The notes under the pieces were generated by a model. It was not told where the DNA came from, did no database searches, and worked only from the letters and a program-made list of their open reading frames with translations. Below are positions 47,572-55,991 of a stretch of DNA of 64,000 bases, piece after piece. The DNA is from Spirochaetia bacterium (GTDB lineage: Bacteria > Spirochaetota > Spirochaetia > DSM-27196 > Salinispiraceae), in NCBI GenBank assembly GCA_038204425.1, contig JBBRCZ010000002.1:1-64000 (forward strand). Reading direction: 5' to 3'. Position numbers and translations under genes: made by a program. The first letter of the stretch is position 1, and each line of letters starts with the position of its first letter.

Positions 47572-48501
47572 ATGATAGAAGGAATTCTTGTAGAAGGTTT
47601 GTTGTACGGCATTATGGTTTTGGGAGTCTTCATCACCTTTAGGGTCTTGGATTTTCCGGATTTGACGGTTGATGGAAGCTTTCCGCTGGGCGCGGTTATC
47701 TTTGCCGCCTTGGTTAGCTCAGGTGTCGCCCCGATTTTGGCCATTGTAGTGGCCTTTGTGGGGGGTATTTTGGCGGGCTTTGTGACAGCAGCTATCCATA
47801 ATTACCTAAAAGTACCAAACCTTTTGGCAGGAATTCTAACCATGACCATGTTGGGTTCCATAAATAACCGAATATTGGGCAACAAGGCCAACGTCAGTCT
47901 CATCAGACAGCCCAGCTTGCTCAAAGATGTCAGCGCCTGGTTTGAATCAGTGGGTATCACCCAAGACTTGGCGTACTTGGTATTCTTTGTGCTGGCCGTC
48001 TTTGCAATCAAAATCGCCTTGGACGTGTTTTTTAGGACCGACCTTGGCTTAACGCTCGGTGCCATGGGTAACAATGTACAAATGGTGGTCTCCACCGGTG
48101 TTAATCCAGCCACTCTAAAGTTTGTCGGGCTGGGACTTTCAAACGGTCTGGTGGCCATTGCCGGCGCCTTGGCCGCACAGTATCAAGGCTTTGCCGATGT
48201 CAACTTGGGGCAGGGCATCATCATTGCCGGTCTAGCTTCGGTGATGATAGGCGAGTTTGTACTCAAATCCAACAAGATTTTTCTGCTCACTTTGCGCGTG
48301 CTGGTGGGGTCGATCTTGTTTAGAGCCCTAATGTATCTCGCACGGCTAATAGGCTTTGACATTGGACTTTTACCTACTGACCAAAAGCTAATAACTGGCA
48401 TAACCATCATAATCTTGCTTTTGGTTACCACCGTCAAAAACGAAAAAAGCAAGACCAAGGCGGCCTTGGCTGCCGTCTCTAAGGTGCCCAACGATGCTTA
48501 A
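47572..48501 (+). CDS. ABC transporter permease
   Basis: FRVLDFPDLTVDGSFPLG, LLAGIL, GLASVMIGE. Confidence 0.92.
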   Translation: MIEGILVEGLLYGIMVLGVFITFRVLDFPDLTVDGSFPLGAVIFAALVSSGVAPILAIVVAFVGGILAGFVTAAIHNYLKVPNLLAGILTMTMLGSINNRILGNKANVSLIRQPSLLKDVSAWFESVGITQDLAYLVFFVLAVFAIKIALDVFFRTDLGLTLGAMGNNVQMVVSTGVNPATLKFVGLGLSNGLVAIAGALAAQYQGFADVNLGQGIIIAGLASVMIGEFVLKSNKIFLLTLRVLVGSILFRALMYLARLIGFDIGLLPTDQKLITGITIIILLLVTTVKNEKSKTKAALAAVSKVPNDA

Positions 48502-49288
48502 ACTCGAAGGACTTAGCAAGGTTTTTTATCCAGGCACTGTTAACGAAAACATCGCCATTAACACGATCAATCTCAAGGTTGGTTCCGGCGATTTTATAAC
48601 CGTAATCGGTAGTAACGGAGCAGGTAAGTCTACCTTGTTCAATTTGATTTCTGGCACCTTGAGCGCCTCCACTGGCAAGATTCAACTGGCAGGCCAGGAT
48701 GTCACACGCCAAGCCGAGTTTCGCAGGGCACGCCAAATCGGCCGTATTTTTCAAAGTCCTTTGCTTGGAACAGCTGGCAACATGGCTTTAGAAGATAACA
48801 TGGTCATTAGTCTCAAAAAAGGTTTTAAGAGCTTGCGTATCAGTCTCAATGAAAAGCGGCGCGCCGAGTTTAGAACTCAACTGGAAGCTTTGGGTATGGG
48901 GCTTGAGCATCGCCTCAAAGACAATGTGGGCCTATTTTCTGGCGGACAACGCCAAGCTCTGACTCTGCTCATGATGGTGCTATCTAAACCCGACTTGGTT
49001 TTGCTTGACGAGCATACGGCCGCGCTTGACCCTAAAAATGCCCAGCTCGTTATGGACCTAACCCGGACTTACATCGAGCGCTACCAACTAACCACCATTA
49101 TGATTACCCACAACATGAACCATGCTATCGCCTATGGCAATCGGCTATTGATGATGGACAAAGGCCAAATTATCTATGACGTCGATGGACAAGAGAAGCT
49201 TGACCTGAGCGTAGAGAAACTTGTAGAAAAGTTCCATGCGATTAGAAACAAGGCGCTTGAGAACGACGAAATGCTTTTGTCGGACTAA
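48494..49288 (+). CDS. ABC transporter ATP-binding protein
   Basis: GSNGAGKST, FSGGQRQ, LLDEHTAALD, ITH. Confidence 0.95.
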   Translation: MLKLEGLSKVFYPGTVNENIAINTINLKVGSGDFITVIGSNGAGKSTLFNLISGTLSASTGKIQLAGQDVTRQAEFRRARQIGRIFQSPLLGTAGNMALEDNMVISLKKGFKSLRISLNEKRRAEFRTQLEALGMGLEHRLKDNVGLFSGGQRQALTLLMMVLSKPDLVLLDEHTAALDPKNAQLVMDLTRTYIERYQLTTIMITHNMNHAIAYGNRLLMMDKGQIIYDVDGQEKLDLSVEKLVEKFHAIRNKALENDEMLLSD

Positions 49289-49453
49289 TTGTGCCTATAA
49301 CTAACGATGCGCGTGGCGCACATAACTTGGAGTCTCTCAGTGTCTGACAAAAAAGGCCAAATTGGGAATTTAACCAACCAGGTGATGAGTTTTTGATCCA
49401 CAGTTTGGCTACGCCGCGAGAGTGGAAGAATGAGCTTCATTCTGGCTACCAAG

Positions 49454-49487
49454 CGGAACCTGTCAAAATAGCTTTCGCTAGAAGGAG
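49454..49487 (+). mobile_element. Isolated IS3-family terminal repeat (IRL-like)
   Basis: cggaacctgtcaaaatagctttcgctagaaggag matches the ends at 51194/51549 and 55093/55299. Confidence 0.65.
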
Positions 49488-49655
49488 ACCATGCTGGTGA
49501 CCACTGGACAATACCCGCTCTTGCTACTTGTATGCGCCTGATTTCGGCGTTATAGGAAAATTGTCCATGACATGGCGCCTTTCGTTCATTCGTTGCCACG
49601 CTTTCATCCGGTAACTTACTATCAACGGTCAGTACCGGACCGAAAGGAGATTCTT

Positions 49656-50210
49656 ATGCCTTCGATTCCTGCCCTCAACCCCGAAAACACCACGGGAAAA
49701 AGTTCTGAACTTTTTGGTGCTGTCAAAGACACACTTGGCATGGTGCCAAACATGATGCGAACAATGGGAAACTCTCCCGCGGTTCTTGGTGGCTATTTGG
49801 CGCTCAATGAGGCCTTATCAAGCGGAACCCTGGGGCTTAGGCTTGGCGCGCTGCTTGCACTCACCGTGGCAAACTCCAACGGCTGCGGCTATTGTAATGC
49901 GGCTCATACCTACATCGGTCTCAATATGGCCAAAATCGACGACGCAACCATTCAGGCTGCTCGGGAAGGCAGGTCGACTAATCCCAAAGAAAATGCCGCT
50001 TTGACTTTTGCGCGGATCCTGGTAGCCAAAAAAGGCCATACCTCCCCCGACGATGCGGCGGCCTTAAAGACCGCTGGTTTCACCAATGGGGAGATTGCCG
50101 AGATTGCGGGTCACGTAGCCCTGAACATTTTTACAAACTATTTCAATTCTAGCATGGGCGTTGAAGTCGACTTTCCAGCTGTATCGTTATCGGTGAGTGC
50201 GAGAGTCTGA
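49656..50210 (+). CDS. Carboxymuconolactone decarboxylase/AhpD-family protein
   Basis: GMVPNMMRTMGNSP, NGCGYCNAAH, FTNYFN; aaggag RBS before the ATG at 49656. Confidence 0.9.
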   Translation: MPSIPALNPENTTGKSSELFGAVKDTLGMVPNMMRTMGNSPAVLGGYLALNEALSSGTLGLRLGALLALTVANSNGCGYCNAAHTYIGLNMAKIDDATIQAAREGRSTNPKENAALTFARILVAKKGHTSPDDAAALKTAGFTNGEIAEIAGHVALNIFTNYFNSSMGVEVDFPAVSLSVSARV

Positions 50211-50329
50211 CGATAAAAGACGGATAGTTAGTGGCGCCGGGTCCCAACTTTTTTGTGCAAGTTTTGCACAAATCGTTGGGCCCTTTTACTGCTACTGCTT
50301 TTAAACTGTACATAGAAAGGAATTGATGG

Positions 50330-51211
50330 TTGGACACGACATTGTTTACATTAACCGACCCGGCAACCGGGAATTTGGCCCTTAAGGCCGAAATTTTGAC
50401 GAATCTCGGGGCCTTTGACCACCTTCAGAGGCTTAACCACTATTTAGTTATCTTGGTTCGTCGAGGGGAAGGAACGCTCAAGGCTGATTTTGCCGACTAT
50501 TCCTTTTTCGGTCCAGTGATGCTTTGTTTCAGCCCCTATCAACCTTTCTTAATAAAAGATCCTACTATAGTCGAAGGACTTGTTCTGCACTTTCACTCGG
50601 ATTTTTTTTGTATTTACAAACATCAAAAAGAGGTGGCGTGCCAAGGCGTGCTCTTCAACAACCTCTACCACCAACCGGTCACATCGCTACGTTCAGATGC
50701 CTACGATGAGTTCGCCGGGCTGATAGGCCAGATGCACGAAGAGGCCCGAGTTACCGATCTCGCCCAGCGGGAACTTTTGGTGTCGTTTCTGAAGATTTTC
50801 TTGATAAAAGCGTCACGCATTAGGGTCGACCAAATCGCTCACACCGAAGCGTTTCAGACACAAGGTGACGAACCGACTATCATACAAAGGCTGAGAGACG
50901 CGCTGGAAACCTACTACCGCGAGAAGCATTCCGCGCGGGACTATGGCGAATTGTTGAACATCAGTCCAAAGGCCCTTACCAAGGTGACAAAGGCGCATTT
51001 CGACAAAACGGTCAGCGACCTGATTGCGGGTCGACTCGTGGTCGAAGCGAAACGGGAACTATATTTGACCCACAAGTCAGTGCGGGAAATTGCCTACGAA
51101 CTTGGCTTTGGCGACGAGCACTACTTCAGTCGGTTTTTTAAGAATAACGCCAAAGTCTCACCCCAACACTACCGGGAAACTGTTGGTTGGGGCCGGAATC
51201 TGTCAACATAG
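50330..51211 (+). CDS. AraC-family transcriptional regulator
   Basis: EAKRELY, SVREIAYELGFGDEHYFSRFFK; TTG start with RBS; last codons overlap an IS end. Confidence 0.93.
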   Translation: MDTTLFTLTDPATGNLALKAEILTNLGAFDHLQRLNHYLVILVRRGEGTLKADFADYSFFGPVMLCFSPYQPFLIKDPTIVEGLVLHFHSDFFCIYKHQKEVACQGVLFNNLYHQPVTSLRSDAYDEFAGLIGQMHEEARVTDLAQRELLVSFLKIFLIKASRIRVDQIAHTEAFQTQGDEPTIIQRLRDALETYYREKHSARDYGELLNISPKALTKVTKAHFDKTVSDLIAGRLVVEAKRELYLTHKSVREIAYELGFGDEHYFSRFFKNNAKVSPQHYRETVGWGRNLST

Positions 51212-51549
51212 TTTTCGCTATGATTTAGTGATTCACGCAGCCTTCTTGAAGGGTTTGCAGTTCGTGCCTCAAGGTTTTGTGCCAGGCCTCGATGAACGCA
51301 TTGTCGTTTGTCATAGTGATCAAGTCCTGCTCCCAAAGGGATTAGTGCTGAGAATGCAAGCCGTTCATCCGTAGCCATTTGTCAAGAGCATCCTCAGCCA
51401 AACCCTTGCTTTCCATGAGCAACGACAGTTTCTCTCCTGGGTGCACCGTGACCACATTCACCCCTGTTTAATAATCGAACTTCGAAATCCATCCGTATGT
51501 TCAATCAGTTTTCGCCTCCTTCTGGCAAAAAATATTTTGACAGGTACTG
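51194..51549 (-). mobile_element. Internally deleted IS3-family element (356 bp)
   Basis: IRs cggaatctgtcaacatagttttcgc and tattttgacaggtactg. The - strand encodes OrfA remnants (GFRSSIIK; EKLSLLMESKGLAEDALDKWLRMNGLHSQH) and the OrfB core fragment NDNAFIEAWHKTL. Confidence 0.8.
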
Positions 51550-51763
51550 AGTTGCATTAAACTCACAAAGCCCTATTATTTTCACTTTAATCTGATTTAG
51601 GTACCTGTATATTATATTAATATTTTAAAACATTGACTTTTGTAAAAACCTCATTTATCCTGACTTATTCAACTGTAAAAAACACCGATTTCCAGTTTTA
51701 TTCAAGGATGTGGTGAGATATTTTTCTGTTGATAATAAGGATCGTGTTAAGGAGAATTATATT

Positions 51764-54700
51764 ATGAAACGAAAAAGTCTATTGCCTATTTGTTTACTTA
51801 TAGTCGCAGCGGGAATTACTGCATTGGCCTCGTGTGACTTGGGAATTCAAACCTTTGAAACGAAAGTCGGAACTAATTCCGCGTCTCCCTCAGGTTTGAT
51901 AAGAGCAATTTCATCTGCCGACAAAATACCCAATGCGTATATTGTTGTACTAAAAAAAACGGGTACAACCGCTAACACAAGAGCAATTTCAATAGACCGA
52001 GCTGCCAGTTTGTCTCGCAGCATTGGAAAGGAACCGGAGCATGTCTACAGCAATGCATTCAGTGGGTTTTCAATAAATGCAAGCGAATCAGAAATTCTAA
52101 CTCTGTTAAAAGATCCAAATGTCGCATACATCCAAGAAAGCAAGATGATGCATCTATCTGGAACACAATTAAATCCACCGTCCTGGGGTATAGATCGTGT
52201 CGACCAACTAAATCTTCCCCTGGACAATTATTACGACTATGCCTTTGATGGGACCGGTGTAGATGCCTATATCGTCGATACCGGAATCCACTTTAGCCAT
52301 AGCGAATTTGAAGGTCGCGCAATCTCGGGAACAAATATTCTTGAGCCCGGTACCAACGCAAACGACGACCAAGGACACGGAACACATGTTGCCGGCACAG
52401 TAGGCGGCAAAACCACCGGTGTCGCAAAAAAAATACGCCTTATCGCAGTCCGTGTTATAGGTAAAACTGGAGAAACTCCCGACTCCAACGTTATAGCAGG
52501 TATCGACTGGGCAATCCAAAATCATACCACCCGACCAGCAGTCATGAACATATCATTGGGCGGCGAAGTCAACCCGGCGGTAGACGAAGCAGTTAGAAAT
52601 GCTACCGCAGACGGCATTGTTGTATGCGTTGCCGCAGGAAATGACGGCCACGATGCTGCGCTCAACAGCCCCGCCGGCGAGCCTTTAGCCATTACCGTTG
52701 GGTCAGTAGATTACTCGGACGCCATTGCGCCAACTTCCAATTTCGGAGCCGTAGTCGACGTTTTTGCTCCAGGAGATGGCATCAAGTCTGCAAGCTATTT
52801 GGGAGACGCAAGTTATGCCACCTGGTCGGGAACCTCCATGGCGTGCCCACATGTAACCGGTGTTGCGGCCCTGATATTACAAAGGAATGCATCGTATACT
52901 CCAGCCTTTGTCCAAGAAGTAATAAAATATTGGTCTGCCAAAAATGTGCTCTTAAATATCCCACCTGGTACAGGAAATCGTAGCTTATTTTCCGCACAAG
53001 ATGCCACTATAGATGATAGTTTTCCAACGACAACCACAACGACGATTTTATTTCTACAAGCAGAAGACTCAAACTACGATAATTGCTTAAACGAAGACGC
53101 CTATAGAGCTTCGGGTAATTACCTATCAGGATTCAATCTGAACTCATCAACAGAATTTACGGTCGATTCACCCTTCGCACAATCTGTTGATGTTACGCTT
53201 GTGTATTCCACTCCTACGGTTGCATCGGTAAACATTTATGTAAATAATGGGACAGCAAAACTATCCAATCTACCTTCGAGCGGTGGATGGGGAATTTGGT
53301 CTGCAAAAAGTGCAAGAGTTAGTCTCCGCTCTGGAACCAATCTCATTCGTTACCAAAACGATTTTGGTGCAACCGGTAAGATTTTACTTGATTACATAAT
53401 TATAACGCCAGTCGGCGTAGTGCCCCGCGCTCCGTCAAATTACAGTGGTCCGGTAGGCCACTTTGAGGTAGAGAACAAAAGCTATTCAGGCTGCAGCTTC
53501 AGCTCAGCTGTCGCCGGATATCATGGATCGGGATACTTGGAAAATCTGAACCCAGGTGGAGAAATTGCATTCAGTGTGTACTCACCCGAGAATGCCCGTG
53601 CTTTTCTCAATATTCGTGGGTATTCCTTTCAAAGTGTAGCAGGGCAGCCATCTGAACTGATTAGCGCCAGACTAGAAGTGAATGGTTCCTTTGTGGATCA
53701 ACCAACTTTTTGGAGAAAACCCATCGCCGGCTGGACCAATAAGTATCTCCTTGTACAATTGAATGTGGGAATTAATACAATTTCAATTAAGAATTATTCC
53801 CACGAATTAAGTCCAATCAGGATCGACTATATCGAAATTGATAATGCAACCGAAACTGGAACCACTGCCACTACCACAACCACCGTTGCGCCAGTGACTA
53901 CAACTACAACTTCGACAACCATTGCGCCAGTTACAACGACCACAACTACCGTAGCACCAGTTACTACCACAACCACAATTGCAGTCGTTGACCGCACTGA
54001 AAGCGGCATTGCGTTTGACAATGGCGCAACAAATCCCGCATCAGAAGGGGAAGCAAAAGCCTTTGATAACTCCTCTTCAACCAAGTGGCTGGTATATTCT
54101 TCAACTGGTACTATCGGGTATGACTTTGCCGGTACTACAGCGTACGCAATCAACTCGTATTCTGTAGCCTCAGCTAATGACCGAGCTGACCGAGACCCAA
54201 AAAATTGGGCATTCGAAGGAAGCAATAATGGAACTGCCTGGACTCAAGTAGATTCAAGGTCCGGCATAAACTTCAGTGCAAGGTTTCAAACCCAAACATT
54301 CAGCTTTAGCAATACAACTTCCTACCAGCAATACCGGCTTCGCGTGACAGCGATTAATGGAGGAGCGTATCTGCAATTGTCTGAGCTGAAAATGTTCGGC
54401 AATGCCGGAACAAGCACAACTACAACAGTCGCACCTGTAACTACGACAACTACTACAACAGTAGCACCTGTAACTACGACGACCACGACGACAATCGCAA
54501 GTAGCGGAACGTTAGCAGCAGGAACCTACAAGATCGTCAACAAGTTGTCGAATAATGCGATGAAAACCAATAGCTATACATCAGGCATGTTTAACGCTCC
54601 ATATGACAGTTCTGGATTGATGAAATGGTCAATCACAAAAGTTGGTTCTTATTACAAAATGGTGAGTGTAGGCAACGGCTATGCCCTTAAGGCAGACTAT

Positions 54701-54907
54701 TACGGCGGACCAGACCATGAAGTCATAGATAACGGCGATGATGAATTGTTTACAGTTACCGATGTCGGTGCCGGATATTTCAAAATCTCGCTAAAAACAG
54801 CTGCTACACGCTTTTGGCGGATTGATGACATCTACAATGGAAACGGTGTCAAGATGCAGGATTGGGCAAACGACGATCATTACAAGTTTGCATTTTTAGC
54901 GCCATAA
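51764..54907 (+). CDS. Multidomain S8 subtilisin lipoprotein (I9 prodomain, S8, two CBM6/35-like, discoidin-like and ricin-like domains)
   Basis: Lipobox ALASC; IVDTG, HGTHVAG, SGTSMACPHV triad; LQAED and FEVEN CBM starts; AFDNSSSTKW...DPKNW; aaggag RBS before 51764. Confidence 0.92.
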   Translation: MKRKSLLPICLLIVAAGITALASCDLGIQTFETKVGTNSASPSGLIRAISSADKIPNAYIVVLKKTGTTANTRAISIDRAASLSRSIGKEPEHVYSNAFSGFSINASESEILTLLKDPNVAYIQESKMMHLSGTQLNPPSWGIDRVDQLNLPLDNYYDYAFDGTGVDAYIVDTGIHFSHSEFEGRAISGTNILEPGTNANDDQGHGTHVAGTVGGKTTGVAKKIRLIAVRVIGKTGETPDSNVIAGIDWAIQNHTTRPAVMNISLGGEVNPAVDEAVRNATADGIVVCVAAGNDGHDAALNSPAGEPLAITVGSVDYSDAIAPTSNFGAVVDVFAPGDGIKSASYLGDASYATWSGTSMACPHVTGVAALILQRNASYTPAFVQEVIKYWSAKNVLLNIPPGTGNRSLFSAQDATIDDSFPTTTTTTILFLQAEDSNYDNCLNEDAYRASGNYLSGFNLNSSTEFTVDSPFAQSVDVTLVYSTPTVASVNIYVNNGTAKLSNLPSSGGWGIWSAKSARVSLRSGTNLIRYQNDFGATGKILLDYIIITPVGVVPRAPSNYSGPVGHFEVENKSYSGCSFSSAVAGYHGSGYLENLNPGGEIAFSVYSPENARAFLNIRGYSFQSVAGQPSELISARLEVNGSFVDQPTFWRKPIAGWTNKYLLVQLNVGINTISIKNYSHELSPIRIDYIEIDNATETGTTATTTTTVAPVTTTTTSTTIAPVTTTTTTVAPVTTTTTIAVVDRTESGIAFDNGATNPASEGEAKAFDNSSSTKWLVYSSTGTIGYDFAGTTAYAINSYSVASANDRADRDPKNWAFEGSNNGTAWTQVDSRSGINFSARFQTQTFSFSNTTSYQQYRLRVTAINGGAYLQLSELKMFGNAGTSTTTTVAPVTTTTTTTVAPVTTTTTTTIASSGTLAAGTYKIVNKLSNNAMKTNSYTSGMFNAPYDSSGLMKWSITKVGSYYKMVSVGNGYALKADYYGGPDHEVIDNGDDELFTVTDVGAGYFKISLKTAATRFWRIDDIYNGNGVKMQDWANDDHYKFAFLAP
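53854..54496 (+). repeat. Thr-rich (V/I)APVTTTTT linker repeats in two blocks
   Basis: Three units at about 53854-53979 and two at about 54410-54496. Confidence 0.85.
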
Positions 54908-55092
54908 GAATTAAAAAAAATAAAATTGAAAAAGGTCGCACGGAAAATCAAAAGATCACCCTGCGGCTTTTTAATTTGTAAACTCAATACCTTCTTCTAG
55001 AAGGTTAAATCCCCACTCAATTTGTAAAAACGCTTCAATAGTTTTGTTGTATCATCAAGTCTAACGGTTCGGCCAACTAGACGCGCTGGCCG

Positions 55093-55299
55093 CGGAATCT
55101 GTCAAGATAGCTTACCCTTTCGGTATAATTGAATCCAGGTAGTAATCGTAACCGGACTTACCCCTGTTTCTTTGGCGACTTCGTAAACGGTTCGTCCACT
55201 TCCTTCTTGAGTCTTGCGGACCGTTGAAGCTCTGAACCCCATGGAACACTTCATTCAGTTTCGCCCTCCTACTGGCGAAAACTATCTTGACAGGTATTG
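55093..55299 (-). mobile_element. MITE-like IS3-family derivative (207 bp)
   Basis: Perfect IR core ctgtcaagatag/ctatcttgacag. On the - strand an aggagg RBS precedes MKCSMGFRASTVRKTQEGSGRTVYEVAKETGVSPVTITTWIQLYRKGKLS*, an OrfA-type HTH. Confidence 0.8.
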
Positions 55300-55991
55300 G
55301 CGTCCATCCAACAGTAATTAGGCTCTTTCTAATAATTGCAGGGACTTTTACCCTGTCTTCATGGTTTTGTAGTAAGCTTAGCATACGATATTAGTGCCTT
55401 TGAGACCACAGCTTAGTTCTGTTGCTTGGGCGTTCTATGGTGGTTCTTCTTTGCTATCACAGGTGGTCTATTGGGCTACGGACGTCAGACTGCTTCAGTA
55501 GTTCTTGCACAGTTGCTGTTGAGTAAACACCCCCTGTTAGGTTCAGTCGGAGGGTGCATTGGGATGCTTTTTGACCAAGGCGTTGGTTAGGGCAACGCTA
55601 AATCCTGGTTCTTTTTTGTCGCTTGCAATGGCTATGCTTCGCGGACTTGTCGATGCAGCACTTTGTTAACCAAGAAGCTGAGCGTCACCAGGGCTTGGCT
55701 TTGGGTACTGGCGCTCATTTTTTATTCTAAAGCGAGTCTGGTGAGCGAGCTATTAAGCAGTTTTGATACTGCACCAACGCAGTTCTTTAGGTGTTTGGTC
55801 GGGTAGGTGTTTGGTGTCTGGGATGGTGGAAATCTTTGGGTCTGGATGCCAAGCGTGGCCTGGCAACTGAGCATCTTTGATTTATATTAGGAAGTATTGA
55901 TAGCATAGCCAAAATACTAGTCACACGCCAGATGCCCGATGCGATTGTTTTGCTCATAGGATTGTTTATACTAGTGACAGGAGCAAGTTTT

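Noticed and set aside
49400..49452. Possible tyrosine-recombinase remnant (HSLAT...ESG across a frameshift)
   Set aside because: Too short and degenerate to separate from chance.
53854..54496. Repeats as a CRISPR array or VNTR
   Set aside because: In-frame, codon-degenerate Thr linkers with no repeat-spacer structure and no cas genes.
55059..55340. attC-like cores (gtctaac at about 55059, atccaac at about 55306) beside the MITE
   Set aside because: No complementary partner box at attC distance, no cassette array and no integron integrase in the window.
55330..55930. Intergenic stretch as an ncRNA or gene
   Set aside because: Only short unconvincing ORFs and no clear structure; probably decayed island-edge DNA.
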